A DNA stretch of 64,000 nt from assembly GCA_030265395.1 (NCBI GenBank), contig JARFYF010000057.1, positions 16,836,055 through 16,900,054 of the forward strand, in the 5' to 3' direction. The stretch is from Rhina ancylostomus (Eukaryota). The translations under genes were made by a program, and so were the position numbers. A model generated the notes under the pieces. It ran no database searches and was not told the origin of the DNA. It worked only from the letters and a program-made list of their open reading frames with translations. Position 1 is the stretch's first letter; every line of letters begins with the position of its first letter. Of this stretch, positions 1 through 13,320 are shown in pieces.

Positions 1-2440
1 CAAAAGCCATCTGGAAATTCATGCAACCACATCGACTGCATTACCCTCATCAAACTCTAACTATTCCCTACTTTTAAAAAAATCCATCAAATTAGTTAAA
101 CATGATTTGTCCTTAATAAATCAGTGTTGGCTCCAAATTCCTTAATGAATTCATCTTTTTTCAGGTAATGATCAATTCTATCCCAGATCAAGGTTTGTAA
201 AAGCTTTCTCATCTCTGAGGTTAAATTGACTGGCCTGTAGTTGCTGGTGTTAATTTTTTGAACAAGGAAGTAACCTTGCCACCCTCCAGTCTGCTGGTAC
301 CATACCTGTATCCAAACAGCATTGGAAGATTATGGTCAAGGCCCCACATGATTTTCTTCCCTCAGAACTATAGGGTACATCTCATCCCAATCTGATGACT
401 TTCCTGCATTAAGCTCATCCAACTTTTTTTAAAACAGCTCCATGTCATCAATTTTTAATATATCTGGTGTCCCAACTGTCTCTTTTTTCTCTATTATTTT
501 TAAAGCACCTCTTTCCTGGAGATGCAAGTTATTCATTTAGTACTTTAACGATGCCCCAGCATCCTTATGCAAATTCCAATTTATGTTCTCAAGAATCTCA
601 CTTCTTCATTACTTCCCTCTTATTATTTATATACAGACAGAACACTTCTGGATTCCCATTTATGTTAGCAGCTAACCTTTTCTCGTATGTTCTCTTTACC
701 CTTTGTATTTTACTTTTTACTTCCCCTCCAGTTCTTTTGGAATCAACTGGTTCTTGCTCACATTCACAAACCCATTACTTGTCTCAAACAGTCCTTTTCT
801 GCTTTAACCTTTTACTCTATTTTTTTTTTGTCATCCCTGGAACTCTGGGTATTTTTTTGTTTTTTTGCTTCTCATGGGAATGTGCTTCAATTGTACTAGA
901 ACCATCTCTTCCTTAAAAGCAGACTATTGTTTTGCTACAGTTTTGCTTGACTATTTTCAGTTCCAAATTACCTGGGCCAAATGTGCTTTATAGATTTGAA
1001 ATTGGCCATCTTCCCAATTATTTTGTTCTTTTCTTTAAACAAACCTAAATCTTATTATGCTATGATCACTAACTCCTCAATGTTCCATTGAGGCCCGCTG
1101 CATTTGCCTTAACTCATTCTTTACAACCAGATCTAGCAATACCCCCTTTCTTGTTGGACCAGAAATAGGCTACTCGAGAAAATTATCTTAGACACATTTT
1201 AGAAACTTCACATCTTCTCTGCCCTTAACACCACTTTCTCAATTTTCATTGGAATAACATATAATCCTGTACAATGCACAAAAAAACCAAACAGACAAAG
1301 GAGTTGCAGAGACAGTGGTCCCTTCGGAAAGTGAGCGGCAGGGGGTGAAGGGAAGATGTGCCTGGTGGCAAGATCCCGTTGGAGAGGGCGGAAATTGCAG
1401 AGAATAATGTGTTGGATACGGAGGCTCATGGGGTGAGGACAAGGGAAACCCTGTCCCTGTTATGTCGGCAGGGGGAGGGATGAGGGCAGACATGCAGGAA
1501 GTGGAGCAGATATGGGTAAGGGCAGCATTGATGGTGATGGAAGGGAAACCCCGGTCACTGAAAAAGGAGGACATCTCTGATGTCCTACAATGGAAAGCCT
1601 CATCATGGGAACAGATGCAGCGGAGGCGGAGGAACTGGGAGAAGGGGATGGTGTCCTTACAAGTGACAGGGTGGGAAGAGGTGTAGTCAAGGTAACTCTG
1701 GGAGTCAGTGGGTTTGTAGATGTCTATGGTCAATCTGTCTCCGGAGATGGAGACAGAGAATGTGTCTCCCTTCTGCACTTCTCTGTAATCTCTGTGCATA
1801 TTTGCTTGTGTATATTTCTCCCACCCATTGGTGACCTATAGAATACACCTAACATTGTAATGTTCTCCCAAATGTTTGTTAGCTTTAACCGAACAGATTC
1901 TCTCTTTGACACCTGTGCCATATTCTCTCTACAGCATTGTTATATTCTCTTTAATCAACCCTGCTGTCCTCGTTCCTTTCCTATCATTTCCAAACACTAT
2001 AACCATGAATATTTATGCCCTTTTTTGAGACAAATTTCTGTTATTGCCACCACATCACATTCCCATCTCAAATCCATAAGTCACAAACATTATTTACCAC
2101 ATTCCACGCATTCACTTACAAACATGGCAAATAAAATTTTGTAATTAATTCCACTTTCACTGACGCCCATGATTGTATGCTTTGCACCTTCCTGACCCAC
2201 TCTAGCTATTGTTGCCTTACACTATTGCATTTTCCTTCATTAATACCCCTTTCATCTGAACCTCCAATTCTGCTTCCAGATCAGTTTTTCTCCCTTCTGC
2301 TTCGACTGTCATGCACCCACCCACCCCTGCCAAACTAGTTAATATCAACATCAACCTCCTTTACAAGGACACTGTACTTTTGAGGTGCAACTTATCTCCC
2401 CCAGAAATGGCCCCAATTCCTCAGGAACACCCCCCAGCTA
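1..2440 (-). mobile_element. Decayed CR1-type LINE (endonuclease to RT region), interrupted by a Penelope fragment
   Basis: Minus-strand endonuclease remnant ITMLGVFYRSP (ORF 1730..1921) and CR1-like antisense RT sequence at 1-450. Confidence 0.7.
1292..1760 (-). mobile_element. Penelope-like element RT C-terminal fragment
   Basis: ORF 1239..1799 reads VSISGDRLTIDIYKPTDSQSYLDYTSSHPVTCKDTIPFSQFLRLRCICS...RGFP, the YxKPT...YL...SxHP...IPxSQFLRLRRICS motif of PLE reverse transcriptases. Confidence 0.85.
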
Positions 2441-4049
2441 TTTTTGTATGCTAAAGATTACTTACATAACTGAACAAATAAAGGGAATTAAGAAAATTGA
2501 GATGAAAAGCAATTAATACAGTCAATGTAACCAGAGAATTCACAAAAAAGAGACTTGCCCAACAATAAACATGAAAATTCTGTTATTGCTTTTGTTAAAA
2601 TAGCTTTGGAAAAATAACATCTTGTTGCAATTCTACCTCTTTTCTTAATCATATGATCATTGAAGAAACATTTCCTAAGCATTAATGTCCATTTCTCATA
2701 GTGGCTCAAAATTACAAAGCCACTATGAGGAATGAATATTAATGCTTATGAAACGTTTTACTTTGGGTATGCACCACCATAGCTGCTCCGTGTAATAAAA
2801 AGTATGGATGGGATGGGTAGAATGATTTACTGCAGAGGCTGCAAATCAGAAAATACTAGACACACAAGAAAGTTAACTTTTCAAAGTGTGAAGCTTTGTT
2901 CTGTACTATTTCGCACAAGGAGTGATACCTCACAAATACCAATTTAAAATCACCCATCTGCAACAATGTGTGAAGGATTTCTACAATTAACACATGTGAA
3001 TGAGGAAACATTATATTTTAATAAATATCTGTATGGAACTGTCACCATAGTAAATATTAAGTGTCCATGATTTGATGTTCATTGCTGCCCAAATGTCTGA
3101 CCTCACAAATGAACTGAAAAATCCTCATTAGCCCACATGTGGCTCTGAGATAGGCTGGATGTTTTAAGTTATTACTGGAGGTTGCACAAGCTGTAGACTA
3201 TCTACTTAACAGGTCAAAACTGAAAACTAATGGTATTTCTCAAACGACTTAGAACTACAATTATTGTGACAATCAATAGACTACAGCCTTGGTATAAAGA
3301 CAATGCATTCACTGAAATCACTGGGAAACCTTAAAGTGTTAACTCAAGAGGCGACTCCAGTAAGAAGCACTCTTCCTCACTCTGGGACAGTGGATTTAAG
3401 GCTGTGTAAGGGGATCCCTGCAAAACACTGATGAACTTAGGGCACCACATTTTGAATCATGCACACACCCAGGATCCACATTGCCCAACTTTCAAATGAG
3501 AACTTCAGCTGATAAAATAAGAAAACATGCATTTTTAACATCCATTGTCAGAAATAACATACAGGCAATGTAAAAGAGAATGCAGAAATGTTTATAAGTT
3601 GACAAGCTGGACAGGGGTCACTGATCATCCCATGGACTGCCCAACAGCAAGCATGGCTTGACTGTCTAAGTTGAAACCAGTGTACCTGCAGCATTGTAGA
3701 CATGTACTTTGCTTGTTTTATCTGTTGGTCAACCTCAGATTCTGCCTTCTGCCTATCCAACTTCTGAATGGAATAGTTCTTGATGCTGCTTGAAGGTTGT
3801 TGGCTAAGTGAGCTAGGATTTCCTTCATATCACTGTCTCCCGCTCCTTACTATAACCAAGAAACACATACAAGAGGAAGAGGAAGAATGGCTTTCAACCT
3901 AAGTCTACACACCTTGGACTCAACATTTGATAGGACCACATATGCTAATTCAGTGCATTCCTTCCACTGTTTATTGTACATTTCTATGTGCTCCCAAAGG
4001 GATTCAGGTTTTTCAAAATCACCTTGGTACTCTTTCACCATTTTAAGCA

Positions 4050-4490
4050 GTTATGGGCCAGGGTTTTCCATGAGTCAATGGGGATATTACACTTTCACAA
4101 GGAGGTTTTGAGAACATCCTTAAATCATTTCCTCTGTATACCTGGCAGCCTCAATGTTGGGAATGCTGGAGTGGAAGAGGACACCAACTTTGGTCTACTT
4201 ATCTGTTCAGTGGATTTAAGGATGTTGCAAAGAAAGCATTGATGGTATCCCTCCTGTAGTCTGAGATGCTTGCTGCAAGTAGTCCATATCTTAGAAACAT
4301 TTTGGAGGAGAGGGATTACTATTATCTGGCAGACCATAAAGCTTTATGCTGGGTTTGGGGTATTGATATTCAAAAATATTTTTCCCTCACATGGCCAAAA
4401 GGCTGTGCTGGCACACTCAAGATGATGGTAAATTTCATTATCCAAGTCTGCCTTAGTTGAGAGGTGGTTCCTGAGGCATGGAATGTGTTT
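4050..4490 (-). mobile_element. RTE-clade LINE fragment (ORF C-terminus)
   Basis: Minus strand gives YHQCFLCNIL and RLPGIQRK*FKDVLKTS, resembling RTE YHQRCLRKIL and GGQRKRFKDxLK. Confidence 0.65.
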
Positions 4491-5044
4491 CATATTTACC
4501 ACGGTCTTGCTATGAACCCTCATTTACTATAAGGTGCTGGGTGGCATCTTGGATTGTTAAAGGTACTAGATAAATACCTTTTCATGAAGCTGTCACATGA
4601 AGACATTATATAAAGCTGTAATAAGATGTAATTACGCGCAGTCATTTTCACAAATTAGGAGGGCTATTTAAACAGCAATTCAAAATATTTATTTACTGAT
4701 CAAATCCAATGCATTAAAAGGGACTGTAAGAAAGACTGTGCAAGGTGGGGAGGGACTTATGTGGAACACAAACCGTGGCAGAGACCAGTTGGGCCTAATG
4801 ACACTTATCTGACAAATTCTACATACTGTGAAGCAAAGATAGTTCAGGAAGTATGTGCTCCCAGTGTGCTCTGAATCCCTTCCAGACAATGGAGGTTTGT
4901 TGCACAATGTATGAATGGCTCTAATTTCTCAGCTCTGGAATAATTCAGCAGTGCCACAGAAGCAGTTAAGGATGGTTGGTTTTAACACACACAAAATGGT
5001 GGAGGAACTCAGCAGGTCAGCCAGCATCTATGGAGAGAAATAAA

Positions 5045-5082
5045 CAGTCAACATTTCGGGTTGAGACCCTCCATCAGGACTG
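5045..5082 (-). ncRNA. Degenerate minimal type-I hammerhead ribozyme motif
   Basis: Minus strand reads cagtc-CTGATGG-a gggt ctca accc-GAAA-tgtt-gactg. Stem I (cagtc/gactg) and stem II (gggt/accc) are perfect, and the core has an A>G change. Confidence 0.55.
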
Positions 5083-5394
5083 GAAAGGAAGAGGGAAGAA
5101 GCCGAAATAAAAAGGTCAGGAGAGGTAGAAGAGTACATGCAGGCAGGTGATAGCAACTGCGGAATCTCATGTCTCCATTTTGCTGCTCCACTGTGAAGTC
5201 TCTTCATGGTGTGCCTACCCTGAAGAAGTTTTCCTCCTCTCTTTGAAACAAGTTCTGTGAAGCCCTCCCTCATTGCTCCCCCTCTGTGATCTCTGCTGCT
5301 CTCTGGCTCTTCAACCATGTGCACCTATCACCTGCCTGCATGTGCTCCTCCCCTTCCCCGACCTTCTTATTATGGCTTCTGTCCTCTTCCTTTC

Positions 5395-5432
5395 CAGTCC
5401 TGATGAAGGGACTTAACCTGAAATGTCAACTG
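5395..5432 (+). ncRNA. Degenerate minimal type-I hammerhead ribozyme motif
   Basis: cagtc-CTGATGA-aggga ctta acct-GAAA-tgtc-aactg. The core boxes are intact and stems I and II are partly mismatched. Confidence 0.6.
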
Positions 5433-6879
5433 TTCATTTCTCCCCATAGATGCTGCTTGACCTGCTGAGTTCCTCCAGCATTTTGGTGTGTGTTGCTCCA
5501 GATTCCTGCATCTGCAGAATCTTGTGTCTCTGATAGCTGGTTTTAATTCAGATTCTGGGTCTGTGAGCCAGCTCCCAGCTGATTACCCATTAATCAGCAA
5601 ACAGTGTCCAACCGAGAGAATAGGAGATTGATAGATACACTCTTCCAGAATCTGTATTAAAGAGAAGTACAAAGGTAGGGAATGGAAATAAAGACTAATC
5701 GCAATCACATGCAGTGATTTTGTTTTGGTATGACTTTTAAGTCAGCATCATTCAAGTTACTCATGGATTCTGCACCTTCACTGGTAGTTATACTGGGATT
5801 CCAGATCATTTCAGACAGCTATGGAAATTGAAACACCAAAATTGCAGTCAAGCAAGAAAACTTTGTCCTAGACATATTCCATGCAAAGCAAAGTCAACAA
5901 CCAAAAGGCAAATGATAATGTTGTACCATGTCTCACAAAAAACACCTAACACTCCATAAAGCTTTTCCTATACCCAGCAAACTGCACTGTCCCCTACAAA
6001 CTCCCTTCCAATCTATTATCACCTGAAGATTTCAGAAATAGAAGCCATCCACTACCCATGTACAAAAAATCTTGAATGCTATAAAGTATATTATGCACAA
6101 TTCACACTGCTATCGCTGTGAACCTCCTTCTGAGCCACCAACCCCTTTCCCACCTCAGCATTCTTGAAAATCTAACAGAATCCCACTGCTCCTGAAGCAA
6201 TACTATAAATTATGCACAAGACCATTACTTCCAGCTATGATACAAAATTAGCACTAATGAAAATGGCAATTGAATTGTGGGCTAAAGTAACAAACCACTG
6301 CAGACAACTGTTTAATTTTAAACAATTTTGTTGTCACATAATAATAATTATATTATTATTAATGCATTTGTAGTAGAGTATTCAAACAAAATGCTCCATA
6401 GTTTTATTTGATATATAAAAAACCTTGAATTTATATAGTGTCCATTATATCCTCAGGACAACCCAAACCAATTCATATCCAATTAATTACCTTTAAGGCG
6501 CAATCACCATTGTTATGTAGGCAAACATAACATTTAAGGTGCTAATTAAATGCAAAATCTTATTTTAATAATAGTTTCTTCAGTACTGCATTGTAATGTG
6601 CATGGCAACTTTGATCACCTACTTATTACATAGTATTATATTACATAGTAATTATTCCCTCATGTGTTTATGTAACTTCCCCATAAAAGCATCCATGTTA
6701 ATCATCTCAATTACTACTCGTGATAGTGTGCTCCAGGCTCTAAGCAATCTCTCAATCCACACTTTTATGCTCAAATCATTACTGAATTTATTAGTAGCTA
6801 TTTATTTGTAGTCTACCGAGATATGTTACATGGTACAATGGTACTTTGCTTAGTGCAGAGGATGGTTCCCAGGAACAAG

Positions 6880-7200
6880 AGGTCAAATGGAAGTGGAGAG
6901 GAATTTCCATCAGAAGGAGATTCCAGGATCCAAGGGCACAGCCTCAGAATAAAGATGAGGAGATAGAACTGAGATGAGGAGATAGAACTGAGATGAGGAA
7001 GAATTTCAGCCAGAGGGTGGGGAATCCATGGGGATGTGAAGGCCAAGTCATTGGGTGTATTTAAGACAGAGATTGATTGGTAAGGGGGTTAAAGGTCACG
7101 GGGAGAAGACAGGAGAATGGAATTGCAAAGCAAACAAAAGCAGCCATGACTGAATGGCACAGCAGACTTGATGGGCCAAATGGCCTACTTCTGCTCCCAT
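6880..7200 (+). mobile_element. CR1 LINE 3' end with an internal 19-bp tandem duplication (6953-6999)
   Basis: gggcacagcctcagaataaag...gatgggccaaatggcctacttctgctcc CR1 tail, containing agatgaggagatagaactg x2. Confidence 0.8.
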
Positions 7201-10019
7201 AGAGAACGAGAGAGACCACTGCCCTACCACCGCTGTGTTTGGAACCTGGCATGATCCCCTGTTGCTGTGCCAAGAATCTGCATGAATCTAGCAGTGAACC
7301 ATCCCACAGTGTGGCTGTGATGGCTGGTGTTGGGAAGGCTGGGGTAAGCATTGCAGCTGCTCAGCATTGAGATGTGAGGCTCAATCCTGGCAGGTACAGT
7401 GAGTGGAGGCCATCGTTAGGAGCTAGCAGCTCCTGCTCCACACTTTGATAAGATCCTTTGATCTCTGATCACTTCCTGTTGGATGTGATGGAAGCTGCTG
7501 ATTCTCCCCTCTCTTTGTTTGGCCACACAATTATCCGCAGTTCAGAGACTCCTCTGTGGTAATAAGCTAAAGGTGGTCACTGGCAGTTGAGTGCCTTACC
7601 ATAAAGAAATCTGCAGTCCCCAGCAATTCCTGCACTTCCCATGCTAGCCAAAGTGCAGTCTGAAGGCCCATATCTCAAGTTCGGCCACACCACTCTTCCT
7701 GGAATGCCCTAAACCAGCACTCACAGGGAGCATCTCCACAACCAGCCATGGGACAGTTCGGTGCTGGCGGAGTGCCAATAAAGGACACTGTATTTACACC
7801 AGGTTCTTGCCACAGTAGCCCAAGAAAATGCTTTTCTTTGAAAAAAAAATACATCGAGTTACATACCTTTAAATACACAGGCATTCAGACTTCAAGAACA
7901 ACAGCACTATAATCAATCAATACTCTATGGAGAAGCACAAAGCAGGATGTCAGTGTACCAGCATATTCCACGGTCAGGTTGAGACTATGTAGGCATTGTT
8001 GCCCAGATAAGAAGGGCATGAAAAAAATGTCAAGAGGCAGATGATTTAGCTGCAAGCCAATGACCATTTATACCTGGAGCAGGATATCACAATCTGCTCA
8101 AAGAATCACTTATGATACAGAGTGATCCAAATAACCTTGCATCAGCTCTAGTATGGCCAGGTCAACAATGCCAACCAAGCATAGTGTGAAGTGGAGGGGG
8201 GTTGCTGCAATGTTCCATATACCCCAAATGCTACTGCAGGGTCTTGAAATATTCTTGATTAAAGTTCTGGTCTCAAGTGCAAGTGGAAACATTTTCTCAA
8301 CAGATAGCTTATGAAAATCATGAAAGTCTGCTCACCACCATTTTGAAATGAAGTTTTGGTCAATTCAGTTTCTGCTTACAGCCTTGAGTCTTTCAGTGTT
8401 CTCCTGAGGCATCAAAGTATTTAATCACCTGAATATCCCAAAATGATTGCTCTCAAACCCACTGCAACAAATCATACTAAAGTGTCAAAGATGGCTCTGT
8501 GTCTAAAAACAATGTGCTTATATAAATAACAGAAGGGCTCCTACTCAATCTGGATTTAAACCAGGATGCTACAATTGGTCTCATCTCTTCAAAGTCAATC
8601 TGAAGCCCATCTATCAGACATGATTTAGATCATCCCCAGTTATATCCTCTCTCCCACCATTGTCTTCAATAATGCACAATACAAGAGGGCCAGCCATAAG
8701 GTCTAGGTTCAAGTGAAGTCATACCCAAAGCAAGGCATCAGCACCTTCAAATTAAAAAGGTAGAATCAACAAAGATATACAAAAAAACACCCCCCATAGT
8801 ACTTCCCCCATTCATTAACTGTGGCACATCTCAATGTTAAACATTAACACCAATGCAAACTACTCAAAATCATAAACAACCTATTCTAATAAGAAAAATA
8901 TCATGTGCGGCCCAGCCCATTTAACCACTAAAACTAGGCTGGGATCTCACTCAGATAAACATTGAAACAGCAGCTTCCAATTCTAGGAAAGCAGTCCATT
9001 TGCAAAGAGAAACCATTAATCAGCCAATTCCTAAAAAAACACCCTGCATCAGCCACAAGAAGATATGCTACTGTAGTTTTTTTTCCCAGTATAGTGGATC
9101 CTTCCCCACCCACCATATTAAATAATCACCATTAAATCTTATTATATACCAGTCATGTTTTTCAGAGCTGAAATTCTCTTATTTTCTCCTCATTGTCCCC
9201 ACCAATATTCCACAAAATTTACTCATCTATTTTGCTGTGTACCAGATTTCTTCCTCAAATTCCCGCAGGGAGTAGCTACAAACATGCATTTTAGAAAAAA
9301 CATCAATATACATGAAAGAGAAACTAATGAAAGGTTCTGACAGTTTAGTTAGCCAGTGAAATTTAGATGTAGTATGTACTAAACTGAGTCAAATGCCCTG
9401 TTGCAAATGCTACAAAAATTCAATGCAATTCTCTGCAAAATATCTAAGGCATTAACTCCTGGACTACAACTTCATGAGCACTGGGTCACTGGAAGTCATA
9501 TTTTCATTCAAAAATTGAAGCAATGATCAGTAATCCATCAAGGAGGGCTGCAGGATCATATTCTCACCCAAAGTCCATCATTTCTCATCCATTCCAGCAG
9601 AATCATAAGCTAACCAAGGAAAACACTGGCTGATAATCTTCCCTGTCCCTGGACCCACTTTACAGCTACCCAGATTGTGATGAGCAAACTAATCACAGAA
9701 GAAAGAATAGACCTAGCTTTTTCTAGTCAAAATGACTCAGTACTATGGCACGTTGTTTCACTTAGGCTTGGAGTCATCAATGGAAACAATCTGTCTCTTT
9801 CTCACTCTGAATATTGATCATGTCACATCACAAAAGCATAACACATACTTAGATTTCAAAAAAGGTGTGGAACTAGACCAATATGAGTCATTGCCTCCAG
9901 GAAGGAGGGATGAAAATAAATACACACATCGTCACTCATCGTTACCCATTAACAAACTACATACAAAAGATCAAGTAAAAACTCCATTACAACTCAAGTG
10001 CCAACTTGGCTCAGTTCAA

Positions 10020-10200
10020 GCTTCATTCCAGAGACTTAAAAACACAATCCATATTGACACTTCAGTGCAGTACTCACAGCGCTGCATTATTAAAGGTGCT
10101 GTTTTTTTTCTTGGATGAGAGGCAAACTGTGGCACTCTTTGCCTGTCCAGATGAACATGAACTATTTCCCACAAGCACTGGAGCCAAGAAATTGGATCAC
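10020..10200 (+). mobile_element. Deu-domain SINE remnant (SacSINE1/AmnSINE1-related)
   Basis: cagtgcagtact...gctgcattattaaaggtgctg...ggatgaga core. Related pieces lie near 6420-6600, 15690-15840, 19830-19990, 27530-27930, 32870-33200, 33990-34260, 36770-37010, 43100-43310, 46150-46390, 52420-52600, 56890-57270 and 60870-61000. Confidence 0.6.
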
Positions 10201-10719
10201 GTTGCACTGTTTATAAAGTACAATGTGATCCCAATTCAATTCAACCCAAATTGCATTTACAAGCATTTCCGAGGAACTTCCACCAATTGCAAAGCTCAGA
10301 GCCATGGAGTCATACTTGAGCACTTGACATTTTTCTGGAGTCTTGTTTTTCCCACAATTTAAAGGGGCGCTAATACTGGCATTGGGAAAACTAATTGGGT
10401 AGCCTCAGAACTAAATATGAAATGCTCAAATATCCCCCAAAGTCCACGGAGTGTGCTAAAATTATCAGGAAGTGTTTTTTTCCAGCCATTTGTAAATGAT
10501 CTGCTCTTTCAGTAAGTGCCACAACAGCAATGGAAGCTGCAACAGCCCGCTCAGAATAAATGGGGGATTTTAGTGAAGGAAGCAACAATATAATGATCTG
10601 CGAGCAGCCTATTCCCACACTTGACAGACACCACCTGAAGAATGAAGTATTCATAAACGCCAGTTTTCAAACACTGTCATCACAAAGACATTGGAAATTT
10701 TGCAGACGATGCTTGATAT

Positions 10720-11170
10720 TTGCCAGAACTGTTCAGGTAGCCGATGACAACACATGTCCATAACGGGTCCCAGCAATAATCCTGACTTTTCTACCAAAAG
10801 TAAGGGTTCTCATTCCCTGAATGTTTTGTGATCTTCAACTGTGAGAAGAAGTTACCCATGGTCAATGCCATACTCTCTGCCAGCACCCATGATCCTTAAT
10901 TCCCAGGAGTATGCCAGCACTGCTCCATGGGACAAGGGTTACCTACTACTTCTGTAGCTACTCACCACCAGTTCACACTCCAACCACAGCAGCTGAGCAA
11001 CAATACAGGAGTCATCCAAGTATCAAACTGGTTATGGAAAACATCAATAGCTTTCTTAAGATGAAATTCCATTCCCTGAATCAATTTGAGAGGACTATGT
11101 AATCATTTTCATCAACCATGTGCAAAACTTCATCATGCACCACATGTTCTACAACATTTCCAATGGCAGA
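10720..11170 (+). pseudogene. Fossil PIF/Harbinger (HARBI1-like, DDE_Tnp_4) transposase
   Basis: Colinear frameshifted motifs: VQVADDNT (~VQGAIDCTH), KGSHSLNV (~RKGFHSLNVQ), SASTHD (~PGSxHD), WDKGYL (~GDKGYP) and PVHTPTTAAEQQYRSH...MENINSFLKMKFHSL (~PVRNPxTxAExxYNxAH...IERxIGxLKMRFRCL). Confidence 0.75.
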
Positions 11171-12204
11171 CAAGAGCCAGAGCAACATGGGGACTGGAGT
11201 CTAAAGATCATGAGGCAGACAGAGCTTAAGACCAACAAGAGGAAGAAGAGCAGCAGGACAACCCAGGTGTTGCCTTAGCTCAACAGCAGCAGCCTCATTC
11301 CCCCACCTAACTCATCCTTAATGTAAACCAAGTAACCCTCTCCACGTTCTAACTGTTAACACCAACAAAGTAAACCAATAACCAGATGGAAAGCTCCGAT
11401 GATGCATAAAATTCACTCACAAATGTTCTGCAGTTTCACCTGCATTGATTATAACATTTCAATGAGTTCTTGATCCTATCAGTTAAATGCCTTACTGCAA
11501 TATCTCCATATTTCTTGATGATTAGCACCTTGCTTAAAGAACTACGACCACTGCCAAAAATACACTTTCTTCAGGCGTGGCTCCACTCTGCATGTGTAAA
11601 TATTGGTCAAATAGCTGAACATTTTGGACTGATGCTCAACATTGATTGGTGGCTAGGAACAATTGCAGCAATGCAGCTGAAAGTAATGCATATCATAATA
11701 TGTTGATGACATTGCATCAATGGGTAGAGAGAAGCACTGAGGAGCTGTGAATTCAAGCCCATGAAGTCCACATTCAATCAACGATGTAATTCATGCAAAA
11801 TTAATTTTAAAATCATTTCAAGATTCACAAGAGAGAAAATAACTAAAGAACTCTCAGTGGTCATAACACTGTGTTTCATTCAGCTCATGACAGTGGGAGG
11901 TAATTGATGTATAGTCATTTTTTCTTCCACAAGCAATCCCTTTTGATTAATGCTGTCACTTATTGCTGTTAGTTTCAATACTGCACATGAAAGGGAAGGG
12001 AGGGTAGAGGAGAACAAAGAACAGCACTTAAAATTCACCAGCCAACCTTGCTTATTTTCTTTAACCTCTCATGGACATTCTCCCTCAGAAGTTGCCATAA
12101 TAAGTATTATAAGAGTGATGAATCCCAAGATAGGATCCAACTTCGCAATGGAGATTCCCCAAAATAACATGGCTGTTATGGCATAGATCAAAAAAGTTCA
12201 GTCA

Positions 12205-12484
12205 TGGGTCACCAGGGGACATAATTTTAAGGTGATTAGAGGAAGGTATAAGGGGGTGATGTCAGGGGTAAGTTTTTTTTTACACAGAGAATCATGGGTG
12301 CATGAAACACATTGCCGGCAGAGGTTGTGGGGGCAGATACATGAGGGACATTTAAGAGACTCATGAATGATAGAAAAATAGGGGGCTATGTGGGAGGGAA
12401 GGGTTAGATAGATCTTAGAGCAGGATAAAATGTCGGCACAACACTGTGTGCCGAAGGGCCTGTACTGTAGTGTTCTATGTTCTA
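12205..12484 (+). mobile_element. CR1 LINE 3' end
   Basis: ggacataattttaaggtgatt...gccgaagggcctgtactg...tgttctatgttcta. Same subfamily as 35985-36118. Confidence 0.8.
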
Positions 12485-13320
12485 CGTGCTCTATTGTAGT
12501 GAGGTAATATTTTCAATGGAAAAGCATCATTCACTGTCTAGGCAAAAATCAACATTTTGCTCAGGCAATGAGAATAACAATTTGCTCCCTAAGTGCATAT
12601 CAATGAACAGCTTCATGATGCTCCCAAATGGCAGAGAATGAACCTCCAGCTGGATCAGGTGAGATAGCATTGAAGCTTCCACAGTAGCTGTCACCTGAAC
12701 CAGAAGATGCTGTATGATGGAATTGTAAGACCAGCCCTCTCAAAGAAGTCTGCATGACCTCCAGATTAACAATGAACGAAACATCTTACTGTGTTTTAAC
12801 ATCAGCCAAGGCACAAAGTCATCCCAATTATGATCCTCATCTAAGTCTCTGGTGCAGTGCAGATGGCCGGCCATTACATGCCCATGAAATTAAGCATCTC
12901 CTCTAGGATGGCAAGGTACTGAATTCATACCCCCACCAGCCCCCCATACCCTTCCTCCCCCAACATGTATCCTCCCTCATTTTCACCACCTATTTAGCCT
13001 GAAAGAAGGAGATGAAGGATACTGAGCATCTTTTCATTATTGTATATTTGTAGAGTTGGTGTGCGGTAGGGAATAAAATATCAAGGGTGAGGCAAGGGTG
13101 GGAGAACAGAATATTGTGTTTGAATGAAGAACACTTTGTATGAATTAAGAGTTTGGAAAAATGCACATATGGGTATCTGATGGGTAAGCATGTCTGTATG
13201 AAAGAAAAGTATTTTCAGTGGCATATAATTGACCTAGACTTACTTGTAAGCTCATGAAATTTCTTGCAGCATCACTCTATTGTCTATATATTCTCATTCC
13301 TGGAGCGGACCATTCCAGCC

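Larger units (their letters stand above)
4984..5531. mobile_element. Penelope-like terminal repeats in inverted orientation (~170-bp arms at 4984-5153 and 5325-5494)
   Basis: The arms are reverse complements, e.g. ggaggaactcagcaggtca / tgacctgctgagttcctcc and catcaggactggaaaggaagagg / cctcttcctttccagtcctgatg. Confidence 0.8.

Noticed and set aside
467-916. 149-aa hydrophobic ORF resembling a membrane protein
   Set aside because: It is the T-rich antisense strand of a decayed CR1 element with no recognisable domain.
7360-9150. Possible very old L1/Tx1-like element
   Set aside because: Only faint motif resemblances, too degenerate to support a call by eye.
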